A stretch of 64,000 bases of DNA from Macrostomum hystrix (Eukaryota; Animalia; Platyhelminthes): positions 20,770,001-20,834,000 of the forward strand of contig CATNEN010000039.1 in assembly GCA_950097015.1 (NCBI GenBank), read 5' to 3'. The translations under genes were made by a program, and so were the position numbers. Each line of letters opens with the position of its first letter. Position 1 is the first letter of the stretch. The notes beneath the pieces are model-generated. The model made no database searches. It was not told where the DNA came from and saw only the letters and a program-made list of their open reading frames with translations. Of the stretch, positions 17,257 through 30,525 are shown one piece after another.

Positions 17257-18107
17257 CTCAAATCTACAGAAGCGTTCTCAAATCTACAGAAGCGTTCTCA
17301 AATCTACAGAAGCGTTCTCAAATCTACAGAAGCGTTCTCAAATCTACAGAAGTGTTCTCAAATATACAGAAGCGTTCTCAAATCTACAGAAGCGACCCCA
17401 AATCCTCAGAAGCATCCCCAAATCCTCAGAAGCATCCCATAAATCCTCAGAAGCATCCCCAAATCCTCAGAAGCATCCCCAAATCCTCAGAAGCATCCCC
17501 CAAATCCTCATAAGCATCCCCAAATCCTCAGAAGCATCCCCAAATCCTCAGAAGAATCCCCAAATCCTCAGAAGCATCCCCAAATCCTCAGAAGAATCCC
17601 CAAATCCTCAGAGGCATCCCCAAATCCTCAGAAGCATCCCCCAAATCCTCAGAAGCATCCCCAAATTCTCAGAAGCATTCTCAAATCCTCAGAAGCATCC
17701 CCCAAATCCTCAGAAGCATCCCCAAATTCTCAGAAGCATTCTCAAATCCTCAGAAGCATCCCCCAAATCCTCAGAAGCATCCCCAAATTCTCAGAAGCAT
17801 CCCCAAATCCTCGGAAGAATCCCCAAATTCTCATATGCATCCTTAAATCCTCAGAGGCATTCCCAAATCCTCAGAAGCATCCCCCAAATCCTCAGAAGCA
17901 TCCCCAAATCCTCAGAAGAATCCCCAAATTCTCAGAAGCATTCTCAAATCCTCCGAAGCATCCCCAAATTCTCAGATGCATCGCCAAAATCCTCAGAAGC
18001 ATCCCCAAAATCCACAGAAGCATCCCCAAAATCCACAGAAGCATCCCCCAAATCCTCCGAAGCATCCCCAAATCCTCCGAAGCATCCCCAAATCCTCAGA
18101 AGCATCC
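17257..18107. repeat. 20/21-bp minisatellite (AATCTACAGAAGCGTTCTCA grading into AATCCTCAGAAGCATCCCCA)
   Basis: Tandem units with a switch of unit type near 17395. Confidence 0.95.
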
Positions 18108-18774
18108 TTCACAAATTGCTACTCAAATCTTTTTGCCGCCTATAAGACAGATTTAAACTCAGACAATATTAAACAATTATTTTTTGCTTATGACCTTGGC
18201 AAAACTCCTGTCGCTACGCATGTGTACTTGTGTATAAAATTGAAAAAAAATTGTTCATTAAAAGTGCGCAATTAGTCGCTTAGTTAAATGATGAAAACTG
18301 AAATTGCATTACCTACAAGGTATGAAAGAGCGCGTTTGTACATCTGGAGCATGAATACTATGTAATTAAAACATGACATGAAAATCAGATAAATCGATTA
18401 AAAACATCACAAATATATAATCGAAATAGGATATTTACACGCACTAGTGTAGTCACATAATACGGAGTAGGAACATTATTTGTACCAGTCACTACATTAC
18501 ATTGGATTCAATGATCTACAAAATTTATAAAGGGCCTGAGAACACGGATGAAGCTAAATATAGCTAGGGAGTAGCTATGGCGAAAGTTTTAGAGAGATTT
18601 GGTCGGTTTTAGCTTTAATCAGAGAACCTGGATAGCCATATCAAAGTAGATAGCATTGATTCTGGTAAACAGGTGCTTGAACTGTGGTATTGACTGGGTT
18701 AAAAAATGTTTACCGACTGTAACCTGTAAGACCATGCGTTCGGGTTTTTAATTCAATCCAATGGAACTGCCTTT

Positions 18775-19205
18775 GATCTGATGGGAAACCTTCCAGTCCG
18801 ACAGGAAACCTTCCAGTCCGACAGAAAACCTTCCAGTCTGATGGGAAACCTTCCAATCCGATGGGAAACCTTCCAATCCGATGGGAAACCTTCCAGTCTG
18901 ACAGGAAACCTTCCAATCCGATGGGAAACCTTCCAGTCTGACAGGAAACCTTCCAATCCGATGGGAAACCTTCCAGTCCGACAGAAAACCTTCCAATCCG
19001 ATGGGAAACCTTCCAATCCGATGGGAAACCTTCCAATCCGATGGGAAACCTTCCAGTCTGACAGGAAACCTTCCAATCCGATGGGAAACCTTCCACTCCG
19101 ATGGGAAACTTTCCATTCCGATGGGAAAAATTCCAATCCGATGGGAAACTTTCCAATCCGATGGGAAACTTTCCACTCCGATGGGAAACTTTCCAATCCG
19201 ATGGG
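18775..19205. repeat. 20-bp minisatellite (TTCCAATCCGATGGGAAACC)n
   Basis: About 21 units; accounts for the overlapping repetitive ORFs at 18710-19330. Confidence 0.95.
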
Positions 19206-19388
19206 TAGCTTGTTATTCAAAATTAGCTCCCGTTGAGGCAGCCAATTTATGTTTGGGGCTAGGCCTACTGAAAATCAGTACGAGTAAAGCAGGTGATTCC
19301 AAGAATTATACGGACATGCACAGACAGTAAATTATTTGACTGACAAACGAATGATGAAAGGGAGGCCAGGAGACTAGGCAGGCTAGGC

Positions 19389-20111
19389 CTAGGGCTTCAA
19401 CAGCAATGCTTCAACTCCCGGATACCGCATGCTGGCCTCCAGCACCGCCACCCGCAGCCTGTGCAGCTCCTCGCGCACCTCGGCCAACTCCTCCTCGGCC
19501 TGACAGCGGCGCAGATCTCGACGTCGTTGACTGGCTCGGCTGAGAGCGGCCGCCGACTGCTGAGAGCGCAGCCGACGCAGCTGCTGCATCAGGCAGGCGT
19601 TCTCGGCACGCAACTCGGCGCACGTGTTCGACAACACGGAGGCCAGCTCGCGTGCGTCCTCCCCGATGCTGACACTGCGTCGACGCATCGCATTGGTGGC
19701 CGCATTGTTGTTGACATGACAATAGCACGGTGCTGACGAAGCTGTCGACTGCTGATTGGTGCAGTCGCTCTTCGGTCGCTTGACAGCGGTGGACCTCCGG
19801 CTGCTGATCTCGGCCACCTCCTTCTGCATGCGGTCCAGGGTGTCAACTAGGCAGCGAACCCGGTGACCGTGCTCAGCTTCGGCTGCGCGTAGCCGCTGCC
19901 GAAGTCGCTGATTCTCGGCGTGCAGCTCTCGCACCAGTTCGTCTAGTGCGTCCTCGCAGCCGCGCCCGGCACTGATGCTTCCGCCGCTGTCAGTGCTCGA
20001 CTGACGCTGCGTCATCGGCGGCTGCGGATGCGGCTGCGGCGGCGACAAAGACTCAGCGTAGAGCTGCATGAGTTCGCCTGTCAGCTTGTCAACATCTGGG
20101 TCCATTGTCAT
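19389..20111 (-). CDS. Coiled-coil protein of unknown family (~240 aa, single coding exon)
   Basis: GC-rich ORF with heptad segments (LVRELHAENQRLRQRL, CAELRAENACLMQQL, EEELAEVREELHRL). First ATG at 20111 follows an acceptor-like tgtgcag. Confidence 0.7.
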   Translation of the reverse strand: MTMDPDVDKLTGELMQLYAESLSPPQPHPQPPMTQRQSSTDSGGSISAGRGCEDALDELVRELHAENQRLRQRLRAAEAEHGHRVRCLVDTLDRMQKEVAEISSRRSTAVKRPKSDCTNQQSTASSAPCYCHVNNNAATNAMRRRSVSIGEDARELASVLSNTCAELRAENACLMQQLRRLRSQQSAAALSRASQRRRDLRRCQAEEELAEVREELHRLRVAVLEASMRYPGVEALLLKP

Positions 20112-20799
20112 TGAAACTGCACAATGCACGATAAATAAATACTTATTTAAGCTAGTTTGCCGTCCTAACTTCTTCACTCCGGTCGACTGCCTTATCTGTC
20201 TAGTCAAATCGCTCTTTTGTAGTTAAATTGGAATAGTTTTTTTAAACTCTTATCGATCTATTCAGACAGCTGTATCATCCAACACACTGTCATGCTCTGG
20301 GGCCAAGTATGGGGCTGAGGCCTTCCTTGGATTAGTCAGACTTGGGCTGTACATTCTGTGAGCGCGGGTTTGGGGTGGGGTGGAGGCCCAATGTACACTC
20401 CAGGCCCCGCCCTTTATCTATGCACGGCTGTTCTATTTCAAGGCATCGATTTTGCTCTACCCCCTCTGTTCTCTCTCGTCCTTTATACCCCAGGCCTCAA
20501 GTATTTCAACTGGGACTGCTGACACCGCACTCACCCTAAGCGCTGAACGATCCCAGAGGAATGGGGTGTAGAGGATTAAGGGAATTAGTGGCCCAACTTT
20601 CTCATTCGCATCCCTTTCCCCCGATCCGATGTTCCCAATCCCCACCCACCCTGTTGAGTAGTAAGTAGTATGCTAACATACTCGTAAAACCAAACAGCTA
20701 ATTGTAAGAAACTAAGTCGACCTGGGGTTGGAAAACTAATTTGCTAGTGGGCCAAAGACAACAAAAAAACGACAGCTGCCGCAATTGACTGTAGAAATA

Positions 20800-21317
20800 T
20801 GAGACAGGATAGATGAGACAGAGATGACAGAAAAGGGGAGAGATGAGACAGGAAGAAATAAGACAGGGAAGAGATGAGACACGGGAGAGATGAGACACGT
20901 GAGAGATGAGACACGGGAGAGATGAGACACGTGAGAGATGAGACACGGGAGAGATGAGACACGTGAGAGATGAGACACGGGAGAGACGAGACACGGGAGA
21001 GATGAGACACGGGAGAGACGAGACACGGGAGAGATGAGACATGAGAGAGATGAGACACGGGAGAGACGAGACACGTGAGAGATGAGACACGGGAGAGACG
21101 AGACACGGGAGAGATGAGACATGGGAGAGATGAGACACGGGAGAGACGAGACACGGGAGAGATGGGACTCTGGAGAGAAGAGACACGGGATGTATTGAGA
21201 GATGAGACACGGGAGAGATGAGACACGGGAGGGATGAGACACGGGATGTATTGAGAGATGAGACACGGGAGAGATGAGACACGGGATGTATTGAGAGATG
21301 AGACAGGGGAGAGATGA
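20800..21317. repeat. 16-bp minisatellite (GAGATGAGACACGGGA)n, same family as 12129-14330
   Basis: Reverse-complement variant of the 16-bp unit. Confidence 0.95.
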
Positions 21318-22159
21318 AACAAGATACAGTAGGTGTCGGAAAGGGCGATCATTAGCGGGCTTGATTTGGGAACTTTGAGGGCCGCATCTGAACTAGACTA
21401 AAGCGTCTCTGTACCAGCTACCCTTTAAGAAATAGATCATCCTGTTAGTGTTAGAAAGGGTTCGCGCTTATTGTTTAAATGCTTCAACCCGCTTCGCTGT
21501 AGATTGGGGTGTGTGAATCACATGCAGATATTCTCTGCCCAAAACACCGGTCCGACAATTTTTCAAGCGCTTCAGCCTCAGGGGCTGCATAAATGGCACT
21601 GTCAACACGATGACATTTACGAGCTATTGAATTGAGTTGCGACAGTTTTTTTAAATCGTTGGCATCCGCAAACGTTTCGGCATTAAAACTAGTATTTATA
21701 AATGGTTAACGTTAAATTTGTACCCATGAACATCTATGTCTTAACATGCTACTTCCAGTAGCAAGTAAAGTTATTTTACCATTATATGCCTGAAATGAAA
21801 CAAATATGGCGATGCTTGTCACGTTTTCAAAGGGTTTGTCAGATTCGAGTTTCTCCTTTATTTTTCTTCTTGAAGAAGAAACTGGCCGGGTCTATTATTC
21901 TCTTGCCGATTTCTTAAACCAGTGGCCTTTTGTTTAAGAATATTTGCAAATTTTCAAGCATTGCAAAACGAAATTATGTAATTGCAAGAATCTTAATTAA
22001 CTGCAATGTCCTGCAGAAAGGCAGGGGAAGAATTTGTAATTTATTGCTCTTCCCAGTTTTCAGACCATTCCGATCTCATATCCAAGGATCTTTATTAATA
22101 AAAACCATTTTTAAAAATGTCGGACTGTGTTTTCGTGCGATTTCACTCAAAATGCATAT

Positions 22160-23480
22160 CCTATTTCGATCCCATATCCCACTCCAACCCCATATCTCAT
22201 TCCAATCCCATATCCCACTCCAACCCCATATCCCACTCCAACCCCATATCTCATTCCAATCCCATAGCCCACTCTGATCCCATATCCCATTCCAACCCCA
22301 TATCTCATTCCAATCCCATAGCCCACTCTGATCCCATATCCCATTCCAATCCCATACCACTCCAACCCCATATCCTATTCCGATCCCATATCTCATTCCA
22401 ATCCCATATCCCACTCCAACCCCATATCCCACTCCAACCCCATATCCCACTCCAACCCCATATCTCATTCCAATCCCATATCCCACTCCAACCCCATATC
22501 CCACTCCAACCCCATATCCTATTCCGATCCCATATCTCATTCCAATCCCATATCCCACTCCAACCCCATATCCCACTCCAACCCCATATCTCATTCCAAT
22601 CCCATATCCCACTCCAACCCCATATCCTATTCCGATCCCATATCTCATTCCAATCCCATATCCCACTCCAACCCCATATCCCACTCCAACCCCATATCCT
22701 ATTCCGATCCCATATCTCATTCCAATCCCATATCCCACTCCAACCCCATATCCCACTCCAACCCATATCTCATTCCAATCCCATAGCCCACTCCAACCCC
22801 ATATCCCACTCCAACCCCATATCTCATTCCAATCCCATATCCCACTCCAACCCCATATCCTATTCCGATCCCATATCTCTTTCCAATCCCATATCCCACT
22901 CCAACCCCATATCCCACTCCAACCCCATATCTCATTCCAATCCCATAGCCCACTCCAACCCCATATCCCACTCCAACCCCATATCTCATTCCAATCCCAT
23001 ACCACTCCAACCCCATATCCCACTCCAACCCCAAATCCCACTCCAACCCCAAATCTCATTCCAATCCCATAGCCCACTCCAATCCCATATCCCATTCCAA
23101 TCCCATACCACTCCAACCCCATATCCTATTCCGATCCCATATCCCACTCCAACCCCATATCCCACTCCAACCCCATATCCCACTCCAACCCCATATCCCA
23201 CTCCAACCCCATATCCCACTCCAACCCCATATCCCACTCCAACCCCATATCCCACTCCAACCCCATATCCCACTCCAATCTCATATCCCACTCCAATCTC
23301 ATATCCCATTCTAACCCCAAATCCAACTCCAACCCCAAATCCCACTCCAACCCCAAATCTCATTCCAATCCCATAGCCCACTCCAATCCCATATCCCATT
23401 CCAATCCCATACCACTCCAACCCCATATCCTATTCCGATCCCATATCCCACTCCAACCCCATATCCCACCTTAATCTCAT
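22160..23480. repeat. 18-bp minisatellite (CCCATATCCCACTCCAAC)n with variant units
   Basis: About 1.3 kb array; accounts for the GYGVGV/WGWSGI pseudo-ORFs. Confidence 0.95.
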
Positions 23481-23828
23481 AATCCCAAATGCACATTTCT
23501 ACCACACATTATTGATGAGCAATGAGCAAAGTAGTTCATCTGTAGAGCATTCGTGTTTCTAATGTTACTCATTAGCGTTTTTATTAAAAAACAGTTAAGC
23601 TGCACAATGAACACCTAATGGTTGCTATGCAATAAAGTGAATTCAAACAGGACATTTTGGAATGAACGAAGGTTCAAGTCATAGGACATAGTGAGGACAT
23701 AGATTCTCACTCGCATCTCGACAGGGTGAGATATGAGTTAAATTCAGCTTAACACCCACTCTATTTATGATTTGGTTAAGTTCTTATCTCTACAATTCTT
23801 TTTTTAAAAACTAACTGGCTCTAAAGGT

Positions 23829-24462
23829 TTGCGTCACCTGTTCCAACCACACCTAGACCTGTTAGACAGTTGTGTCACCTGTTTCTACCACACCTAGACC
23901 TGTTAGACAATTGTGTCACCTTTTTTACCCCACCTAGACCTGTTAGACAGTTGTGTCACCTGTTTCTACCACACCTAGACCTGTTAGACAATTGTGTCAC
24001 CTGTTTCTACCACACCTAGACCTGTTAGACAGTTGTGTCACCTATTTCTACCACACCTTGACCCGTTAGACAGTTGTGTCACCTGTTCCAACCACACCTA
24101 GACCTGTTAGACAGTTGCGTCACCTGTTTCTACCACACCTAGACCTGTTAGACAATTGTATCACCTGTTTCTACCACACCTAGACCTGTTAGACAGTTGC
24201 GTCACCTATTTCTACCACACCTAGACCTGTTAGACAATTGTGTCACCTGTTTCTACCCCACCTAGACCTGTTAGACAGTTGTGTCACCTGTTTCTACCAC
24301 ACCTAGACCTGTTAGACAGTTGCGTCACCTATTTCTACCACACCTAGACCTGTTAGACAGTTGTGTCACCTATTTCTACCACACCTTGACCCGTTAGACA
24401 GTTGTGTCACCTGTTCCAACCACACCTAGACCTGTTAGACAGTTGTGTCACCTGTTCCAACC
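23829..24462. repeat. 41-bp minisatellite (TGTGTCACCTGTTTCTACCACACCTAGACCTGTTAGACAGT)n
   Basis: About 15 units lying ~20 bp downstream of the M13-like stop codon. Confidence 0.95.
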
Positions 24463-24482
24463 AAAAAAGCACGCGAGGTTCT

Positions 24483-26727
24483 CTATGGAAATTCGCAAGG
24501 CGCCTTCAGCGCTTCCTTGCCGCAGCCGAAAGCATTCACAAACTGAGGCACATCCACCAGGGCCGCATTGATCAGTCGGCTGGCTGGACTTGCCGACACT
24601 CTGCACTGGGCGCGGGCCCAGTCAATGAAGAACAGTCGCCACACTGGCGGGTCGCGCAATCTGGACAGCGCTGCCGCCGCCGCCGCTGCCAGGCCGCTTC
24701 GCTTTGCCACCAGACGTGCCACTTGGCCAGACGAGCTGCCCGATGGGAGGCGATCGGCGAAGCAGCGGAACGCCGAGCCCAACTGCTGTTCGCTCTCGGT
24801 TGAGTATAGGTTGAGTCGATGCTCAGGCCCGACGGATGAAAAGGCCGCTTCCGCCAGCAGGGCCCCGGTTCCTGCCAAGCCGCTGCTGTCGTGATGGCTG
24901 TATAGCACGACAACGTCTGGCGCCATCAGGAAAAACCGACCGTCGCCAGTTCCGTTAGACAGCAGTCGAATATCCGACTGCGCTGCCAAGGGGTTTAACT
25001 TCAAACGAATCGACGCCAGTCGGTTGAGCATAGCTGTCCGAGTGTGTCCGCTGAGTCGTTCCGAACGACGGACTGAAGCGCCAAGCTCGAACATAACCGA
25101 GGCGAACAGGTCGTAAGTGGACATTGTTGACGTAGCTCCAGCCAGGCCGTCTGGTTCGCGACTGCAGGCGTAGGCGCTGAAGTTGTGGCACGGATCGATG
25201 ACAGCTGGCCAATCCGAGCTGCCTGACGGTTTCACGGACGTAGGTGCCAGCAGAAGCGTCGCGGGCACAGTAGGCTGCGGCAGCCTGGCCTCAGCCTCGA
25301 TGCGGCTGATTGGACTACGCGAGGCCTTGCCTCCGTGCACGTGAAGACTCAACAGGACGCAGCCGATGGCCAACAGTGCCAGGGAGAGGCAGCAGAGGCA
25401 GGCGCTAGCGACCAGCAGGCGACAACAGCGACGACGCGATTGTGGCACTGGCTGCTGGTCAAGCAGCGGCGGCGGTGGCGGCGGTGGTGGTACCACCCGT
25501 CGCATCGTCGGCCGCTCCGTTGCTTGCGGCTTCACCCGCCGATGAGATAATCTGCGCGGATCGGAGCAGGATCCTACGCTAGCTGGTTCGGGCTCCAGAA
25601 GTTCGTCGTCATTCTCATCGTCGATTTCATCTTCGTCATCGTGACGATCCGCATCTGTTGATGAGGCTCGACATGAGCCACTGCCGCCGCCGCTACTGCG
25701 GTTGCAGATGACCAGGGCCTGTTTGAGTGTTAATCGTGAATCAGATTGTGTTTTCGGAACTAGGAGACAATGCAGATGCTCTTGACGTGTCTCAAAACAG
25801 CGGGGGCTGCTGGATATTGTTACGCAATCGGGTCTCCATCTTAGACTGAGAAATTCTGCCAATTTTAACACCTCTCATCAAGGCTACCGCTGGCGCCCGA
25901 TGCAATGAGCCAGGAGGATTCAGCCCACCTTGATGGGTTCGCCTAAAGACAGTTGGCTGTTTCAAAGTGGCCCAAGCCTGGCTCGCCTGTCTTAGACGAG
26001 CATGGAACAGCTGTCGCCAACTGCCTGGCCGTTGACAGCACACCAGATCACCTTTTTGGACTGAGGGGCGGGGATTCGTGTCGGCGGCTGGCTAAAGTCT
26101 CGGGGTCTCTCCAATTTTCTCTGCAATCTTCCGTTCTCCGTTTCCTGTCGTCTCCTCTTCCACCCTGTCTCTCTATTTCTCTCCCATCTCTGACATCCCT
26201 ATTTTAAAAACGAAGAAAAGGAAAGTAGAATGTTTTTTTACTCCAAACTTTTTTCTACCTCTCAGAGTGGTGGGGTCGGGCGCGGGATTTTGGGATTTTG
26301 AAGCGGTAGTCGCTATGGGGCTCGCGTGGAACCCGACACTCCGCCTCGCAGCCGGACTAAGAGACGACACGGGAGCCGATGGGGCGTGACTTCGCGACCA
26401 AGAAATCCCATCAGGCGGTGATTGTCTTGTTGTTAGCGACACCAGATAGTGATGATATACAGTGCACAGGGTTTTGGGACTTACAACACCTCCGGAGGTG
26501 GTTGGCAAACATTTTCTAGCAGAAGCAGCTGGTAAGCCTTGCTCTCGGCCTATCGGCGGATTTGTCTGTCTGCAGTTGAGCCGATTCTGCTGGTCCTGCG
26601 AACTTCTTGACGACCAGTAATCAGCCGGGACTTCGATGCAAGATGCGCCATGATGACGACTGCAACCTGCTAGATGCTGCCGATGCAGCTGCTGCTGCTG
26701 ATGCTGATGGGGCATGTGGTGCCCCAT
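24483..26727 (-). CDS. Truncated, non-catalytic M13 (neprilysin/ECE)-like type II membrane protein, 2 exons, ~581 aa
   Basis: Exons 26727-26259 and 25759-24483 join in phase 1 (AGA G|gtagaa...cctag|TT CCG). TM LLVASACLCCLSLALLAIGCVLLSL. M13 motifs IDPCHNFSAYAC and RLFFIDWARAQC...RLINAALVDVPQFVNAFGC. No HExxH. The first exon is less certain than the second. Confidence 0.72.
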
Positions 26728-26805
26728 TGCTACGGGCTGTTGTACTTCTGAATTTTTAAGAAATTTATTGATTGCTTTTATTAATTTCTAAAATTGAGAA
26801 TGGGG

Positions 26806-27040
26806 TAGACAGTGGATAGTTGAGATTCGAGATTAGAAATACTCGTAGGATAGTAGAGTTGATAGTAGACAGTTGAGATTAGTGATTAGCAATACTCGTA
26901 GGATAGTAGAGTTGATAGTAGACAGTTGAGATTAGAGATTAGAAATACTCGTAGGATAGTAGAGTTGATAGTAGACAGTCGAGATTAGAGATTAGAAATA
27001 CTCGTAGGATAGTAGAGTTGATAGTAGACAGTTGAGATTC
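26806..27040. repeat. ~53-bp tandem repeat, ~4 copies
   Basis: gagattagaaatactcgtaggatagtagagttgatagtagacagttgagatta repeated. Confidence 0.9.
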
Positions 27041-28702
27041 GAGTTTATAAAATAGATAATTAAGAGTAGAGAGTAGAGAGGATAGTAGATAGCAGAATTT
27101 AAAGAGTACAGAGTAGAGAGTTAAGAGCAGGGATTAAAGAGCGGACAGTTGAGAGTTATGAGCTAGTAGAATAACAAAAGAGAGAGTACTTGGATTGAAT
27201 TACAGTTTCTAGATGCCTGCCTTCGATGGATGCTCCCTTTCACTGATCCATAATGAGGCAATATAAATCCTTAATCTCAGAAGCTATGAAATTCGATTTC
27301 ACTTAGCTGGTCATTGAAAAAGAGTGGTCTATATTGATTATTTGTTCGTCAAGTATAAGTTAGCGATAGATTCGCTTTGTTTGACCCGGTGGACCGAAAT
27401 TGCCTAGATAGTTTTGTGAGTAAAAGTGCATCTCTATTGACGACACGTTTAACATCATACTGTTGAGGCGGAGTTTATTAACCCAGACTAAAATGTTGAT
27501 GAAGAGACCATATGGGAGGTTAATAACAGACCCTTGGTGGACTCAAATTTAATGGCCAGTTGCTGGGGTGGGCTGCATGAGGGATTGGGATAACAATTGG
27601 ATAGGGAAAATAATTGAATTGTCTGCACCGGGTTGAGAACCGGAGGTGTTAAGGCTTGGGTGTGGTCTCTGGTGGACTATACGTACACGCGACCCACTGC
27701 ATAGGCGCGCTTGATATTAAATGAATTATCGAATTAGGAGCTATAATATTCACGAGACACGAACTGTTGGCTCCCCTCCAAAACATGCGCATCTGTCTTC
27801 TGTGTATCTGCAGTGCTGGATCAGCGAGTGCAGGATCCTGATGGAGTCCAACTTCTATACGGCCGCCATATAGCACTGATAGCAGCTAAACTATACGTGC
27901 ATACCGGCTGACTGAGGGCCATTGCTGTGGAGTCAGAGAGTGAGACACACTGCAAGCACACGCATATATACAACTCCCCTAGCCTTCGCGGCACTGTCAA
28001 CACCCAGGGCATCTGTTTCCGCTGCACGGTGGCCTCGACAACTCCGCCCCGCTGTGAAAAGCCACGAAGCGGAGGGCTTAAAGAAATCTGAGAGAGCTGA
28101 TCGGAGGGCATAGGAGACAGGGAGACAGCTCATGACTCCAGAAAGCATGCAGCCGACATCCAGACCTCAAATCTCCCCTCCGGAAAGTGAAAGCACTGAT
28201 CCTGCTGCTGCTGCTGCTGCTGCCGCATCTGCCCTCCTAGTACAAACCCCACAACCGCCTATAGCGATAGTGCGTGCTCTTTGCAGAGGAATAACAACTA
28301 AGCGGCGCTGGTGACAGATAAAGGCTAGCGGTTTGGCCCCAGAAACAAAGCGCCCAAGACTTTTTCGATGCCTGCTTCAGTCAGGTCAGTCGGGGTAAAG
28401 TAGGAATGCCGCATTTGTCAATCATATCGAGTGTTTCTCTAGTAACAGTCAAACGGCGCATTGTTGTAAGCGTCCGTCAAAAGGCTTGCGATACAAATTA
28501 TCTACCGTGGTAGCAATGTACGGAAAGACCCAATAATGTTTCAGGCTGCAGACAACAGGTTAGCTATGTGGTCAGAACTATGAAATCAGGAATGGAAGTA
28601 AGCCGACACCATTTGGCCTTTCAAATCAAAAGTATAACTGATTCGTCTAGGAACAAATTGATCCGTTGCTAAGATCTACTTTGGATTGTGGAGTAGAGTA
28701 AC

Positions 28703-29057
28703 AATATTAATAATTGCGGAAGGGCTGCGGGCAATGGCACATCATTTGGTGACACTAGACCTGCAGCCAGCGAGGAGGCAATTCTGCCCATTTCGCTGAC
28801 TCCTGAGCACTTACGCACACAGATCCCGTACGCAGGCACACACTCACACAGGTGTGTACATCTGCCCTGACTTTCTTATCGTCAGGCAGTGTACACTTTC
28901 ACTGTGACTTGGAGGTTGGCCCTCAAGAGCGTAATTGCACGACAAGCCCCCAAGCCTTCTCTCCGCGGCTGCGCCCCAAATGAATGTGGCCTCGCCGCGG
29001 AATCGAACTCAGGGACCTTGGCGCGAGATGCAACTCACCGCTCTGCCACCCACCCCC
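28703..29057 (-). mobile_element. tRNA-derived SINE family A, full length
   Basis: Minus-strand head with A box TGGCAGAGCGG and B box GTTCGATTCC; body matches 44330-44697 and 56801-57107; ATT-type tail. Confidence 0.85.
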
Positions 29058-29759
29058 GATAATGGAGTACAGTTTGCTATCTATACCTGGTTAGTGGAGC
29101 ATACAGTCCACCTAGATACTGTAATAGATTGACAATGAAAGCCGAGCATTAAATTGCCAATCAATTAATTACCTGTCATTTTCTGACGAGTACAGAGAAG
29201 TCTGCTAAGCTTGCTGCTTGGTGAAGAATCTACATGACAGGTGAATTAACAGAAATAAGTGTTTACTTTCGCTCTCAAGACAATAAAATGATGTACCGGA
29301 CTATGGCAAAACGGAAGAATTAAGTGACTTCACAAGGAATTTCTCTGTGTTTTTGGTCCTAAATATATAACGTGAAAGGCAACAGAGTGAAACCTATTGT
29401 GCTAGATGATTGGTCCTGTTCGCCAGCCAATAGGACCGTCAGCGCAATGAGACACGGACCTGATAAGCTTCAGTGAGAGCGATGCTCTCGTTATGATGCT
29501 ATTTGGCTCTTTAGGCATGCTAGCTTCCTCACTTTTTTGCCTATATTTATCCCATCAACTCAAATTTATTAATAGAGCTGAGCATGAACAAACACTCATT
29601 TTTATCTGAAAATTTCCCCATGTCATATTTTCCCAGTATTTATTATTTCAACTTTCTACTGTCGATCTTTATATTTTTGGCAATCACAATTTCCAATTAT
29701 TGATCCACCTTTTACTTCAAATCATTGTAAATCACGGTAACTTTTTGCAACACTGGCAG

Positions 29760-30525
29760 ATTATCAATTCCGTTGCCTTATTATCAATCCTACTGTCTAT
29801 TTTTCAACCCAACTGTCAAATTATCAATCCAACAGTAAAATTATCAATCCAGCTGTAAAATTATCAACCCTGCTGTCGAATTATCAATCCAACAGTAAAA
29901 TTATCAATCCAGCTGTAAAATTATTAACCCAACTGTCAAATTATCAATCCAACTGTCAAATTATCAATCCCACTGTAAATTTTTCAATCCTAATGTCAAA
30001 TTATCAAGCCTACTGTCGAATTGTCAATCCAACTGTCAAATTATCAATCCAACAGTAAAATTATCAACCCAACTGTCAAATTGTCAATCCAACTGTCAAA
30101 TTATCAATCCAACTGTCAAATTATCAACCCAACTGTCAAATTATCAATCCAACTGTCAAATTATCAATCCAACAGTAAAATTATCAACCCAACTGTCAAA
30201 TTGTCAATCCAACTGTCAAATTATCAATCCAACTGTCAAATTATCAACCCAACTGTCAAATTATCAATCCAACTGTAAAATTATCAATCCAACTGTCAAA
30301 TTATCAACCCAACTGTCAAATTATCAATCCAACTGTCAAATTATCAATCCAACTGTCAAATTATCAATCCAACTGTCAAAATCATCAATCCAACTGTCAA
30401 ATTATCAATCCCACTGTCAATTTTTCAATCCCACTGTCAATTTTTCAATCCTAATGTCAAATTATCAATCCCACTGTCAGATTATCAATCATACTGTCGA
30501 ATTGTCAATCCTGCAAACAAATTGT
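29760..30525. repeat. 20-bp minisatellite (TTATCAATCCAACTGTCAAA)n
   Basis: Tandem array with degenerate edges. Confidence 0.95.

Noticed and set aside
18775-19205. TGGGAA (CSL/Su(H)-like) cores in the 20-bp array
   Set aside because: They lack the upstream GTG context of the full site and lie 3' of a gene; no supporting evidence.
22076-23505. Long ORFs encoding GYGVGV / YPTPTP repeats (silk-, eggshell- or extensin-like)
   Set aside because: The 18-bp unit is stop-free in several frames on both strands, indels shift frames, and there is no signal peptide or splice context; a minisatellite artefact.
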